NCBI GenBank assembly: GCA_021786355.1
Contig: JAJYNK010000011.1
Coordinates: 1 to 52,322, forward strand
Reading direction: 5' to 3'
DNA from: a bacterium
Lineage (GTDB): Bacteria; Patescibacteriota; Minisyncoccia; UBA6257; UBA9933
Length of the DNA: 52,322 bases
This document shows positions 36,998 through 46,647 of this stretch, piece by piece (position 1 is the first letter of the stretch; every line of letters starts with the position of its first letter). The translations under genes and the position numbers were made by a program. Under the pieces are notes generated by a model. That model was not told the origin of the DNA. It did not search any database and worked only from the letters and a program-made list of their open reading frames with translations.

Positions 36998-37216
36998 ATG
37001 GAAGCTAAGGTTAAAGAAATTTTGAACAAAGTACGGCCGTATATTAAAATGCACGGAGGTGATGTTGTGTTTGTGGAAATTAAAGACAATGACGTTTTTT
37101 TACAGGTTTTTGGCGCTTGCAAAGATTGCCCTTTATCCGATTTAACTTATAATAAAATGATAGGGGGGCTTCTTAAAGAAGAAATTCCCGAAATTAAAAA
37201 AGTCGTTATAATATAA
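36998..37216 (+). CDS. NifU C-terminal (Nfu) domain protein
   Basis: VRPYIKMHGGDV...GACKDCP. Confidence 0.9.
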   Translation: MEAKVKEILNKVRPYIKMHGGDVVFVEIKDNDVFLQVFGACKDCPLSDLTYNKMIGGLLKEEIPEIKKVVII

Positions 37217-37224
37217 ATTTTAAA

Positions 37225-37482
37225 ATGGCAAACCAAAAAGAATATATTAGAAATCGCGCGGATTCAAACATAAGCAAAATCATTATTGACCGCGATCTTT
37301 GCATAGGCGCGGCATCTTGCATTGCCGTTTCCGGCTCCACATTTGAGTTGGATAACGAAAATAAAGCGGTGGTAATAGGAGCCGACACGGCGGACGATGA
37401 AACTTTAAAAATGGCCGCCGAATCCTGCCCCACTAAAGCAATTTTGCTTTTTGACAAAGAAGGTAAGCAGGTTTATCCATAA
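37225..37482 (+). CDS. Single-cluster ferredoxin (likely [3Fe-4S])
   Basis: IDRDLCIGAASC...AAESCP; second Cys of CxxCxxC replaced by Ala. Confidence 0.88.
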   Translation: MANQKEYIRNRADSNISKIIIDRDLCIGAASCIAVSGSTFELDNENKAVVIGADTADDETLKMAAESCPTKAILLFDKEGKQVYP

Positions 37483-37485
37483 ATA

Positions 37486-37627
37486 TTTTAAACAATAATA
37501 TTCTTTCGCTACCGTTCAGCCTCCCAGCGAGCGGCTTCACTGGCGCCGCTCCTTCGCTCGGTCGCCTATGGCGACCACCGTGCCCGCTCAGTCGCGGAGC
37601 CGCGCTCAAGAACATTATTGTTTAAAA
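37486..37627. mobile_element. 142-bp MITE-like element with 20-bp terminal inverted repeats and GC-rich interior
   Basis: TTTTAAACAATAATATTCTT / AAGAACATTATTGTTTAAAA (19/20); internal GGTCGCCtatGGCGACC hairpin shared with 2661-2675. Confidence 0.7.
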
Positions 37628-37641
37628 CAACATAAATTAAA

Positions 37642-38901
37642 ATGGAAAAATATAAGTATGTAATTGTGGGCGGGGGAGTTGCGGGCTTTACGGCGGCTGA
37701 AACATTGCGACAAAAAGACGTAAGCGCCACGATTGCTGTTATAAACAGCGAACCGTACGCCTTATATTCGCGTGTGATGTTGTCAAAGCCCGACTTTTTT
37801 TTGGGCAAAATTCCTTTTGATAAAGTTTGGATGAGAGGCCAGGATTGGTACGAGAAAAACAATATAACTTTTTTTGGCAGTAAAACAGCCGCGTCGCTTG
37901 ATGCCGATAAAAAAATTGTAAAACTATCCGATGGCTCGGAATTAGGCTATGAAAAACTGCTTATTGCCACCGGAGTTTGCGCCAGAAAATGGGGCATTCC
38001 CGGATCCGAAAGAGAGGGCGTTTATTATTTGCGCACCATTGACGACGGAAAGAAAATAATGGAGGCGATAAAATCCGCAAAGCGCGCCGTCACTATCGGC
38101 GGAGGGTTTATTAGTTTTGAAATGGCGGATTTGTTTGCTTTGGCGAAAATAGATACAAGTGTTGTTATTAGGGAAAATTATTTTTGGGAGCCGACTTTAG
38201 ATGAAGCCTCCGGCAAAATGATTGAAAAAGTCCTTACTGGGAGCGGCGTTAAAATAATAAACAACGCCGAAGTCCAGGAAGTTGTAGGCGAGAATAAAGT
38301 TGAGGGTATTGTTTTAAAAGACGGCAGGAAAATAGAGTGCGATATGGTTATTTGCGGAATCGGAGTAGCTTGCGATTTTAACTGGTTTGCTTCATCGGGA
38401 ATAAAAACAAACCGGGGAATTTTAGCGGATGAATATCTTCAAACCAATTTGCCTGACGTGTGGACTGCTGGAGACATTGCCGAATACAACGACCTGCTTT
38501 TGGAAGAAAATATCCAGCTTGGCAACTGGGTGAATGCCCATGAGCAGGGAAGGATTGCCGGGTTAAATATGGCCGGCGTTCACGAGCCGTTTAAATTCGT
38601 TTCGTTTTATACGACTCAAGGAATGGGGATCTCCGTCGCTTTTGTCGGAGATACCAGGCCCGGCCAGGACAGAATAATAATCAAGCGCGGTTATCCGGAA
38701 ATAAATTCCTACGCCCGCATAATTATTGTTGGCAAAGAACTTGTGGGCGCGACTTTAATAAACAGAACCAGTGAGTTATCGGTAATCGCCAAACTTATTG
38801 AAAATAATATTGACGTTTCTCAAAAATATAAGGAACTCGAAGACCCGAATTTTGATTTGAAAGGGCTTTTAAAAACAGAAGTAAAAATTATTCAGTTATA
38901 A
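37642..38901 (+). CDS. FAD/NAD(P)-dependent pyridine nucleotide-disulfide oxidoreductase (ferredoxin/rubredoxin reductase-like)
   Basis: VIVGGGVAG, LLIATG, TIGGGFIS.E, TNLPDVWTAGD, GRIAGLNM. Confidence 0.88.
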   Translation: MEKYKYVIVGGGVAGFTAAETLRQKDVSATIAVINSEPYALYSRVMLSKPDFFLGKIPFDKVWMRGQDWYEKNNITFFGSKTAASLDADKKIVKLSDGSELGYEKLLIATGVCARKWGIPGSEREGVYYLRTIDDGKKIMEAIKSAKRAVTIGGGFISFEMADLFALAKIDTSVVIRENYFWEPTLDEASGKMIEKVLTGSGVKIINNAEVQEVVGENKVEGIVLKDGRKIECDMVICGIGVACDFNWFASSGIKTNRGILADEYLQTNLPDVWTAGDIAEYNDLLLEENIQLGNWVNAHEQGRIAGLNMAGVHEPFKFVSFYTTQGMGISVAFVGDTRPGQDRIIIKRGYPEINSYARIIIVGKELVGATLINRTSELSVIAKLIENNIDVSQKYKELEDPNFDLKGLLKTEVKIIQL

Positions 38902-40975
38902 CTCTAGCATCTATTATTTTTGCTTCATTTTCCGATGCCATAACCGGATTCAGGTCAATTTCCTGGATTTCTAGGTGCTCAAGAGATAATTTTGAAACAG
39001 CGATAATAAGATTTTCCAATTTTTCGAAATCAACCGGTTTTTCACCACGAAGGCCTTTTAATATCGGATAGCCCTTTATTTCTTCAATCATTTTTTTGGC
39101 TTCGGATTTAGTAACCGGCGCTATTCGCGAAGAAACGTCTTTTAACGCTTCGGTAAAAATTCCTCCCATTCCGAAAACGATAACCGGCCCGAAAGTTTTA
39201 TCTCTTTTCATTCCGATAATTATTTCTCTTGCCCCCACACCAAATGGGGAATGCGTCTTCGCAAAAATATCTTTCCCCGTTATGGTGTGGGGGTTGACCA
39301 TTTTTTGCACAACCATGCCCTCTACCCGCGCATTTGGAAGCTTAGCTTTTATTGAATTTACAATCTCATCCCATGCTTTCTCGGCTTCGTCCAGATTTTT
39401 AATATTTAACTTAACCGCCCTGAACTCTGTTTTATGGATTACGTTCGGTGATACAATTTTAATTGCAACTAGATTATTAAACTTATTAAAAACATTCGAT
39501 AATTCATTTTTTGTTTTTACGAACTCACCTTCAACCGCGATTGAGTATTTTGACAATAATTTTTTTGTTTCCTCGAATCCCAACATTTTGTACGTAGTCT
39601 GCCCGCTCTCCGAAGTTTTAAAAAAGGAAGTTTTTTTATTTTCTGCCGCCATCACATCTAAAATTTCAACAATATCCCTACTATCTCCGAAATTCACAAG
39701 CCCGTTTTTCTTAAATTCCAAAAGCGCTTTATAAATTGATTGTCCGCCTATGAAAACCGGTAAAATCGGTTTTTTCTTTGAAAATCCGCCGAGCAATTTT
39801 GCCGTTTCTTCGGCCTGCGTCATCATCTGGGGAGTAAGTATGGTAATAACAGCGTTAATGTTTTTTTCATTGACTAAAATTTTTAAAGCGCTTGCGTAGC
39901 GGTCGCTTAAAGCGTCGCCGATAATATCAATCGGATTATTTACGGCAGCCATCGGAGGTAAAACTTTTTTAAGCGCGTTTTTGGTCTCATTTTTTAAGGT
40001 TGCCAGTTCCAGCGATTTAGAAAGGTCTATCAGGTCAGCCGCCACAACCGACGGGCCACCGCCATTGGTTAAAACCGCCAGCTGTTTTAAGGGCTTATAA
40101 ATTCCCATATGAAATAGCTTTGCGAAGCTAAAGAATTGCCGGATAGATTCTACGGTTATTACGCCGGATTGTTTACAGGCGGCGGCGAATACGGAATCTT
40201 CCGGCGCAAGCGATCCGGTATGAGAAGCTACGGCGGCCAATCCTTTATTGCTTCGGCCGGCTTTTAAAATGACTATCGATTTTTTACGGGTGATTTGTTT
40301 TGCCAGCCGCATAAACTTTTTTCCGTCGCTTATTTTTTCAAGGTATAGCATTATTGCTTTGGTGTTTTTGTCGCTTGCGAGGTATTCTAAAAATTCTATT
40401 TCGGTTAAGTCCGCCTCGTTTCCCAAACTTATAAATTTGGAAAATCCGATGCCCCTTGCTTTTGCCCAGTCGAGCATTGCCGCTCCCAAAGCGCCGGATT
40501 GCGATACAAAAGCGATACTTCCTTTTAGGGGTATTTCCGGCGCAAATGACGCGTTAAAATTATTTTGCGTATCAATTATGCCAAGGCAATTCGGCCCGAG
40601 AAGTGTTATTTTGTATTTTTTGGCGATGGTTTTTATTTTTTCTTCAAGCTCCAAGCCGCTTCTCCCTATTTCTTTAAACCCAGAAGAAATAATTATTACA
40701 TTAGAGATTTTTTTCTTCCCGCACTCTTCAAGAACCTGGGGGACAATGTCCGCGCGAAGCGCGATTAAAGCTAGATCGATCTCGTTTTTTATATCAAGAA
40801 CCGAAGTGTAAGAAGTGAGATTTAGGATTTTTTTATACGCCGGATTTACTGGATAAATTTTCCGCCGCGAGCCGCCCAGTAGATTTTTAACCAACGAATA
40901 ACCAACCTTATCTTTATTTGGCGAAGCGCCAATTACTGCGATTGATTTGGGATTAAAAAAGTTTGATAGATTCAT
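38888..40975 (-). CDS. Acetate--CoA ligase (ADP-forming), fused alpha/beta
   Basis: PKSIAVIGAS CoA-binding fold, GPNCLG, SQSGA, ASHTGS phospho-His, TNGGG, C-terminal ATP-grasp (IHKTE, EIDLNP). Confidence 0.92.
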   Translation of the reverse strand: MNLSNFFNPKSIAVIGASPNKDKVGYSLVKNLLGGSRRKIYPVNPAYKKILNLTSYTSVLDIKNEIDLALIALRADIVPQVLEECGKKKISNVIIISSGFKEIGRSGLELEEKIKTIAKKYKITLLGPNCLGIIDTQNNFNASFAPEIPLKGSIAFVSQSGALGAAMLDWAKARGIGFSKFISLGNEADLTEIEFLEYLASDKNTKAIMLYLEKISDGKKFMRLAKQITRKKSIVILKAGRSNKGLAAVASHTGSLAPEDSVFAAACKQSGVITVESIRQFFSFAKLFHMGIYKPLKQLAVLTNGGGPSVVAADLIDLSKSLELATLKNETKNALKKVLPPMAAVNNPIDIIGDALSDRYASALKILVNEKNINAVITILTPQMMTQAEETAKLLGGFSKKKPILPVFIGGQSIYKALLEFKKNGLVNFGDSRDIVEILDVMAAENKKTSFFKTSESGQTTYKMLGFEETKKLLSKYSIAVEGEFVKTKNELSNVFNKFNNLVAIKIVSPNVIHKTEFRAVKLNIKNLDEAEKAWDEIVNSIKAKLPNARVEGMVVQKMVNPHTITGKDIFAKTHSPFGVGAREIIIGMKRDKTFGPVIVFGMGGIFTEALKDVSSRIAPVTKSEAKKMIEEIKGYPILKGLRGEKPVDFEKLENLIIAVSKLSLEHLEIQEIDLNPVMASENEAKIIDARVITE

Positions 40976-40981
40976 TTTTAT

Positions 40982-41770
40982 TTATGTTATTTGTGGATAG
41001 AGTGACTCCTCAAATGTCGGCTTTTCCACTTTATAAAAAACTCCCAAGGCGATTTTTTCCTCCTGAGCCGTGACTTTTTTTATCGCGGTTTCGAGTTTTT
41101 TGGACGGAAATTTTTTGTCGAGCCAATAAACGTGATTATTGTAAAAATCGCGGGTGTCATAAAAAGTAATGCAGGGCTGGATTATATCCACGAAAGAAAA
41201 CCCTTTGTGCTCGATTGCCTGTCTCATGATTTTTTTTGTGCCCTCTATATCTCCGGCGTAAGTACGCGCCACAAAAGTCGCGCCGGCAGCAAGCATTAAA
41301 AGAAGCGGATTAAACGGTTCCTCCGTGCTTCCCGAAGGCGTAGATTTTCCTTTGAATCCTTTGGGGCTTGTGGCTGTTGCCTGGCCGGTGGTCAGAGCAA
41401 AAACCTGGTTGTCGTGTACAAAAAGATTTACATCGGAATTTCTTTTCGCAGCGTGTATCAAATGTTCGGCTCCTTCCGAATACGAATCGCCGTCTCCGCT
41501 GAAGCCCACCACCTGAAGAGAAGGATTTGCGATTTTAATTCCCTGCATTGTCGGAAGCAAGCGTCCGTGAAGCGAAGTAAAAGTATTTATATTCAGATAG
41601 TCGGTAATTTTTCCGTGGCAGCCGATGCCTCCGACTGCGACAAGATTTTCAAGTTTTAAGCTTCTCTCAGTCTTCAATTCTTCAACAAGTTTTCTAAAAG
41701 CGACAAGAATTGCCGAATTCGGGCATCCGGGACACCAGGTTATTTTTGCGCTTGTGGCTAAGTTTTCCAT
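40982..41770 (-). CDS. 2-oxoacid:ferredoxin oxidoreductase beta subunit
   Basis: TWCPGC, GIGC, HGR, GDGD TPP motif, LTTGQ, QPCITF. Confidence 0.93.
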   Translation of the reverse strand: MENLATSAKITWCPGCPNSAILVAFRKLVEELKTERSLKLENLVAVGGIGCHGKITDYLNINTFTSLHGRLLPTMQGIKIANPSLQVVGFSGDGDSYSEGAEHLIHAAKRNSDVNLFVHDNQVFALTTGQATATSPKGFKGKSTPSGSTEEPFNPLLLMLAAGATFVARTYAGDIEGTKKIMRQAIEHKGFSFVDIIQPCITFYDTRDFYNNHVYWLDKKFPSKKLETAIKKVTAQEEKIALGVFYKVEKPTFEESLYPQIT

Positions 41771-43573
41771 TTATAATATTTCGTTTAATTGTTTTGCAAG
41801 TTCAACGACGTCAAAAGGCAAAGAGTCGTATTTTAAAATTTTATTTTCAATGTTAATTCCAGTTTTTTCGCGGATTATTGAAGCCAGTTGTCCGGAGCGG
41901 TTATTTTCAACAATAATTACTTTTTTTGCGTTTTTTAAATTCTCCGCCACCTTCTCCGTGTCAAACGGCGACATCCAGAGTATTTGCAAAAATTTCGGTT
42001 GATTTTTCAAATATTTTGCCGCTTCCAAAACAGCGCCTTTTGTCGAGCCCCAGAAAACAACGATATTTTTGGATTTTGGATCACCGTAAAATTTCACGGT
42101 TTCATATTTTGAAAAATCTTTTTCCAATTGTTTTAATTTTGAAAAACGCTTGTCGCCCATGGCTTTTACCATTTTCGGGTCTTCGGTTGAAATTCCCTCT
42201 TCGCTGTGTTCGTAGCTGGTGACTTTTATAACCGCGTCCGGCGTTCCCGGATATGCCATCGGCGATACTCCGTCTTCGGTTATTTGATAACGCTTATATT
42301 CGCTGTTAATTTTTTCGTCGATCTTCCCCCTTTCAACGGTGATTTCATTCGAGTTAAAAATTACTGTCGATGAGTTTTCCGATAAGTGTTTGTCCAAAAG
42401 CACAATTGCCGGCATCTGGTATTTCCAAGTCAAATTCAAGGCGTCCGCCCCTGCTTTAAAAGCTTCTTCCGGATCTCCGGGCGCGATTACTATTCGTGGG
42501 AATTCTCCGTGGCCTGAATTAATAATCCATTTTAAATCTCCCTGGCTGGTGTGGGTTGGGGAGCCGGTTGCCGGCGCCTGTCTTTGCGAAACCGCGATGG
42601 CTATCGGCGTTTCAGACATCCCAGCCAAAGCGAACGCTTCCTGCATAAGCGCGAATCCGCCTCCGGCTGTGCCTATCGCGGTACGCTTTCCTGCGTAAGC
42701 AGCGCCGAGCGCCATATTAATAACTGAAATTTCGTTTTCCGGATGTATTACTTTAAAAGTTTTTTCTTTCTCCGACGCTTGTGGTCGGTCCGACGACTCC
42801 GACGAGTGTCGGACTCCGTCGGAGAGTCCCGATCCCTCTGGGCGTCGGGACTGATTTTTCGCCAAATAATGCAAAATTGAAGTTGACGGAGTCATTGGAT
42901 AGCCGATATAAAAATCAAGCCCTGCTGCCAAAAGTCCTTTGGCAAAAGCGGTATTTCCGTCCGCCAGTTCCTTTCCTTTATCTCCACCGTGTTCCATTCT
43001 TCGGGAGTGTCGGAACCCGAGTTTTTCCAAATATTTATATCCTTTTTCCGCCAATGTTATGTTTATCTCATATCCCTTTTCTTTAAAAACCCGACGTAAA
43101 ATTTGGTCCATTTCATCAAAGGGCAAATCTAATAAATAACAAACAGCGCCGAGAGCCACAGAAGTCCGGGTTATTGCCGGAGCGTTTGATTCCTCCGCTG
43201 TTTTTACCATTGGAAGCAGTACTGCGTTTTGGCCAAACATTTTTAAGTCCTCGGCGTCGAATTTATCGGAAAAAACAACCGCTTCGGCGTTCAAATCGTT
43301 TTTATGAAGATGCATTGTTTCGTCGTTTAAGGCGATTAAAACGTCTATTTTTGAATAATCATTGTAAATTTTTTCTTTGGAAAAACTGATGCGCGAAAAA
43401 TTATGCCCGCCTCGAATAAGCGACGGATAATCAAAAGAAACAAAAACTTCAAAGCCGAGCTTTGTAAGAAATTGTCCCAAATTCGTGCCGGCTTCGCGCA
43501 CGCCGTCTCCGGCTGCTCCGCCAATGGCAACCGTAAAAATATTAGGGGGTTGATTTTTCTTTTTCCAGAACAT
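41771..43573 (-). CDS. 2-oxoacid:ferredoxin oxidoreductase alpha(+gamma) subunit
   Basis: IGGAAGDG, IRGGHN, GYPMTPS, ENEI, GGGFALMQE, GHGEFP. Confidence 0.93.
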   Translation of the reverse strand: MFWKKKNQPPNIFTVAIGGAAGDGVREAGTNLGQFLTKLGFEVFVSFDYPSLIRGGHNFSRISFSKEKIYNDYSKIDVLIALNDETMHLHKNDLNAEAVVFSDKFDAEDLKMFGQNAVLLPMVKTAEESNAPAITRTSVALGAVCYLLDLPFDEMDQILRRVFKEKGYEINITLAEKGYKYLEKLGFRHSRRMEHGGDKGKELADGNTAFAKGLLAAGLDFYIGYPMTPSTSILHYLAKNQSRRPEGSGLSDGVRHSSESSDRPQASEKEKTFKVIHPENEISVINMALGAAYAGKRTAIGTAGGGFALMQEAFALAGMSETPIAIAVSQRQAPATGSPTHTSQGDLKWIINSGHGEFPRIVIAPGDPEEAFKAGADALNLTWKYQMPAIVLLDKHLSENSSTVIFNSNEITVERGKIDEKINSEYKRYQITEDGVSPMAYPGTPDAVIKVTSYEHSEEGISTEDPKMVKAMGDKRFSKLKQLEKDFSKYETVKFYGDPKSKNIVVFWGSTKGAVLEAAKYLKNQPKFLQILWMSPFDTEKVAENLKNAKKVIIVENNRSGQLASIIREKTGINIENKILKYDSLPFDVVELAKQLNEIL

Positions 43574-43647
43574 AGGGAGTTATTAGAAAAATTATAACAT
43601 ATTTTTTAAATAGAAGTTGGTTTGTTTTGAATATTTAATTAGTGAGA

Positions 43648-43676
43648 TTGACATAATTTACTTAGTGAGTTATTAA
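43648..43676 (+). promoter_or_regulatory. sigma70-type promoter for ORF 43735
   Basis: TTGACA-N17-TATTAA; TTAGTGAG direct repeat at 43639 and 43662. Confidence 0.55.
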
Positions 43677-43734
43677 ATAATCAGTATTTGTAATATCAAT
43701 CAAAAGGGATTATTTCAGGAAAGGGAGGTGGACG

Positions 43735-44109
43735 ATGGGAGCCTTACGGTGGCGAGTTGCGACAATTCTGGCAGAAAAAAAAGATTGTGTAGAGTTTCAT
43801 GTAGACCCAACAATTGATCCTGTGCGCAAACTGGAAGTATTTCTCGCGAGCCAAGATGGGAAAGCTGCCCTGGCTTTTCTTGCCGCAACTGGATTTGTTA
43901 TTTGGCTGGCCAAAGCAAACAGTCCCCATACAGACTTTTATTTGACAGGACGCGGTTTGGTAAGAAGCAATCGCGGCGGGCTCTCGGTGGTTTCCGCGTC
44001 TTCTTCTCCAAAAGGGGTTATTGATGCAGCGGATAATAAGGATCTTATCGAGTATATCCGACGGCAGCTAGATTTATCCGCAAGAGTGGTAATCACAAAT
44101 AGAATGTAA
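43735..44109 (+). CDS. Hypothetical protein (ORFan)
   Basis: 124 aa; strong SD GGGAGGTG; stem-loop plus T-run at ~44135-44170. Confidence 0.6.
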   Translation: MGALRWRVATILAEKKDCVEFHVDPTIDPVRKLEVFLASQDGKAALAFLAATGFVIWLAKANSPHTDFYLTGRGLVRSNRGGLSVVSASSSPKGVIDAADNKDLIEYIRRQLDLSARVVITNRM

Positions 44110-44204
44110 ACCGACAGATTCGTTTTCATCCGACGCACGCCTCCGTTTTGGAGACACGGCGTCTTTTTTATTTTCAAAAAGCCGTGTTATAATTTATAAA
44201 AATC

Positions 44205-44693
44205 ATGGCTGAAGCTGAAAAAATAAAAATTGGGTGGTTTTCGTTTTCCTGCTGTGAAGATAACACTATTGTGATGACCGAAGTTATGAATGACCACTGG
44301 CAAGAGTGGAAAAAGATTTTTGATTTCCGCCACGTTCGGGTTTTAAAATCCAAAAACATTTACGATGAGTTCGACATCGCTTTTATAGAAGGCGCGATCG
44401 CCTCTGATGAGCAAGAAACACAGCTAAAAGATATAAGAAGTCGTTCAAAAAAACTTGTAGCAGTGGGAGCTTGCGCGGTTGTGGGGCTTCCGGCCGGGCA
44501 ACGAAATAATTTTACCGAAGAACAAAACGCCAGTATTCAATTTTTGGTGGATAGATTTAAGGCGCTACCAAAAGTTTTGCGCGTTAAAGACGTGGTTAAG
44601 GTAGACGCGGAAATCCCGGGATGCCCGATGAGCCCGGATAATTTTTTAAAAGTTGTTAATGATTTAGTCGCGGAATTGCAAAAGCAAATTTAA
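44205..44693 (+). CDS. [NiFe]-hydrogenase small (delta-type) subunit, truncated to the proximal-cluster domain
   Basis: WFSFSCCED, DIAFIEGA, VAVGACA, IPGCP; adjacent to the large subunit. Confidence 0.88.
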   Translation: MAEAEKIKIGWFSFSCCEDNTIVMTEVMNDHWQEWKKIFDFRHVRVLKSKNIYDEFDIAFIEGAIASDEQETQLKDIRSRSKKLVAVGACAVVGLPAGQRNNFTEEQNASIQFLVDRFKALPKVLRVKDVVKVDAEIPGCPMSPDNFLKVVNDLVAELQKQI

Positions 44694-44809
44694 AGTGTAA
44701 ATATCAAAATGAAAAATGACAATGTAAAAAGTAAAATTTTTAAATCTAAATTATTTTATATAATTAATTTGCTATTTTAATTTTTATTTTTAAATTTTTC
44801 ATTATTCAT
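44694..44809. repeat. AT-rich bipartite element, copy 3
   Basis: 44696-44729 identical to 19167-19200; T-rich right half. Confidence 0.8.
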
Positions 44810-44810
44810 T

Positions 44811-46109
44811 ATGCACTCATTCGATTTATCTTTAGAACACATCACAAAAATAGAAGGCAACGCCTCGCTTTCAGTTAAAGTTGAGGACGGCAAAGTTAAA
44901 GACGTTAATTTCAAGACAATGGAATATAAACGTTTTTTTACCGAAGCGATGAAGGGCAAGTCCATTGCCGCGCTTCCGGCGCATTTGGCGAGAATCTGCG
45001 GCACCTGTTCAAACGCGCACATTATTTGCAGTATTGAGGCGTGTGAAAACGCGCTTGGTATAAAAGCCAGTGAACAAACTAAAATACTTCGCGCTTTAAC
45101 TTTGCACGGGCTTATTATAAGAGACCACGCGCTTCATTTGTATTTATTTTCAATGCCCGATATTTACGGAAAAGACGCTTTTTTGGATTTTGACGAAAAT
45201 AACCCGGAAGAACACCAATTACTTCACGACGGATTTGAAGTGAAAGCCGCGGGAAATTTTTTGGCGACTTTGATTTCCGGAAGAAGCGTGCATGCCACTT
45301 ATCCGGCAGTGGGGGGATTTTTGCATTTTCCCGATAAATCCGGCATAGACGAAGCAATTAAAAAACTTCAATCAGTCCGGCCGGCGGTTTTACGCTTGAT
45401 AGAAATTTTTAAAAACGCGCCTTTTCATTTTGATCGCGAAACGCAATATATGGCATTAGTTCCGGAAAAAAGTTTCGGATATATAATTGGCGATATTAAA
45501 ACTAGTACTGGAGAAACCTACGAAGAAGAAAAGTTCAGAGACCATTTAGAACACGTTGTTTTGCCTTATTCTCAAGCGTCCGCGTATCAGTATGACGGCG
45601 ACGGGTATATGGTTGGCGCTCTGGCGCGCATAAATCTCGCTAAAGATTTGCTTCATCTGGAAACAAAAAAATCATTAAAATTACTTGGCGATATTTTAGA
45701 TCTTTTTCCTTCAACCGATGTTTTTTATAATAACCTTGCGCAGGCGATTGAGATCTTGCATTCTATTGACGAATCAATCGATTTGTTAAGCAATAATAAT
45801 TTTGTCCCAGAGCCGCTTATAAAAGCAGTGCCCCATGAAGGAGTGGGGATTGGAGTCATAGAAGCTCCGCGCGGAACTTTGTACCACAAGGTTGTTATCG
45901 GAGCTGACGGTGTGGCAAAAGAAGGGGAAGTAATAGTGCCAACCGGACAAAACCAAATAAACATAGAAAGAGACGTGGCGATATTGGTACAGAATCTTTT
46001 ACCCGACACGTCCAAAGAAAAAATTGAATTTGAAATAGAAAAACTTATCCGCGCGTATGATCCGTGCATGAGCTGCGCCGCGCATTTTTTGAAAGTGAAT
46101 TGGGAATAA
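44811..46109 (+). CDS. [NiFe]-hydrogenase large subunit, group 3b-related
   Basis: TKIEG, L1 RICGTCSNAH, GALAR, EAPRGTLYH, L2 DPCMSCAAH plus 7-aa C-terminal extension. Confidence 0.93.
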   Translation: MHSFDLSLEHITKIEGNASLSVKVEDGKVKDVNFKTMEYKRFFTEAMKGKSIAALPAHLARICGTCSNAHIICSIEACENALGIKASEQTKILRALTLHGLIIRDHALHLYLFSMPDIYGKDAFLDFDENNPEEHQLLHDGFEVKAAGNFLATLISGRSVHATYPAVGGFLHFPDKSGIDEAIKKLQSVRPAVLRLIEIFKNAPFHFDRETQYMALVPEKSFGYIIGDIKTSTGETYEEEKFRDHLEHVVLPYSQASAYQYDGDGYMVGALARINLAKDLLHLETKKSLKLLGDILDLFPSTDVFYNNLAQAIEILHSIDESIDLLSNNNFVPEPLIKAVPHEGVGIGVIEAPRGTLYHKVVIGADGVAKEGEVIVPTGQNQINIERDVAILVQNLLPDTSKEKIEFEIEKLIRAYDPCMSCAAHFLKVNWE

Positions 46110-46134
46110 TATTTGATGTATTATTCCCAATTCA
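46096..46134. terminator. Perfect 16-bp stem-loop between convergent genes
   Basis: TGAATTGGGAATAATA-N7-TATTATTCCCAATTCA overlapping the hydrogenase stop. Confidence 0.6.
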
Positions 46135-46164
46135 TCCCGAACGAAAGGAGGGATCTCAGGATTA

Positions 46165-46545
46165 TTAAAGTTTAAGAATTGCGGTAATTATCGACGTAAT
46201 TTTTTCAATCGCTTTTTCTTGAGAAATCGTCGGCGGAATGCCGATGATTTTTATTTTTTTCAAACGGCCCAATTTTTCCAGATATCTTAAATTTGAATAA
46301 GCGTCAAAATCATGAAGCGAAACATTTGAAGATTTGGAAAAACTTTTTAAATCTTCAAATGTTTTAATTTCCTCAATCCCCAAGACCGTATCTATGATCG
46401 TAAGCTCTTCGGGTATTTCCCATTCTTCATTCGGATCTTTTATTTCAAATTTTATTTCTGGGAATTTTTTTTGGAGTTCCGGCAGAATTTTCAAGGGCAG
46501 AGAATCATTTTTAGTCTCCGGATTTCCAAAAACATATATTATCAT
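46165..46545 (-). CDS. Divergent hydrogenase maturation protease-like protein
   Basis: IYVFGNP...D, TIIDTV, SLHDFD, IKIIGIP pattern of the HycI/HybD fold; next to hydrogenase. Confidence 0.7.
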   Translation of the reverse strand: MIIYVFGNPETKNDSLPLKILPELQKKFPEIKFEIKDPNEEWEIPEELTIIDTVLGIEEIKTFEDLKSFSKSSNVSLHDFDAYSNLRYLEKLGRLKKIKIIGIPPTISQEKAIEKITSIITAILKL

Positions 46546-46586
46546 AAATATTTATAATAATAACATCACAGGACTTAGGACTATCG

Positions 46587-46630
46587 CAAAACATCGTATA
46601 TGTGACGACCGTCACATATACGATGTTTTG
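46587..46630. repeat. Palindrome C-down (44 bp, core ACGACCGT) downstream of paralogue 3
   Basis: CAAAACATCGTATATGTG-ACGACCGT-CACATATACGATGTTTTG; perfect 18-bp arms. Confidence 0.96.
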
Positions 46631-46647
46631 GTAGTTTTAAAATGATT

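Noticed and set aside
39096..39734. Long antisense ORFs (e.g. 39096-39734, 40248-40811, 12981-13517, 48460-48960)
   Set aside because: They are shadows of well-supported genes on the opposite strand and have no motifs.
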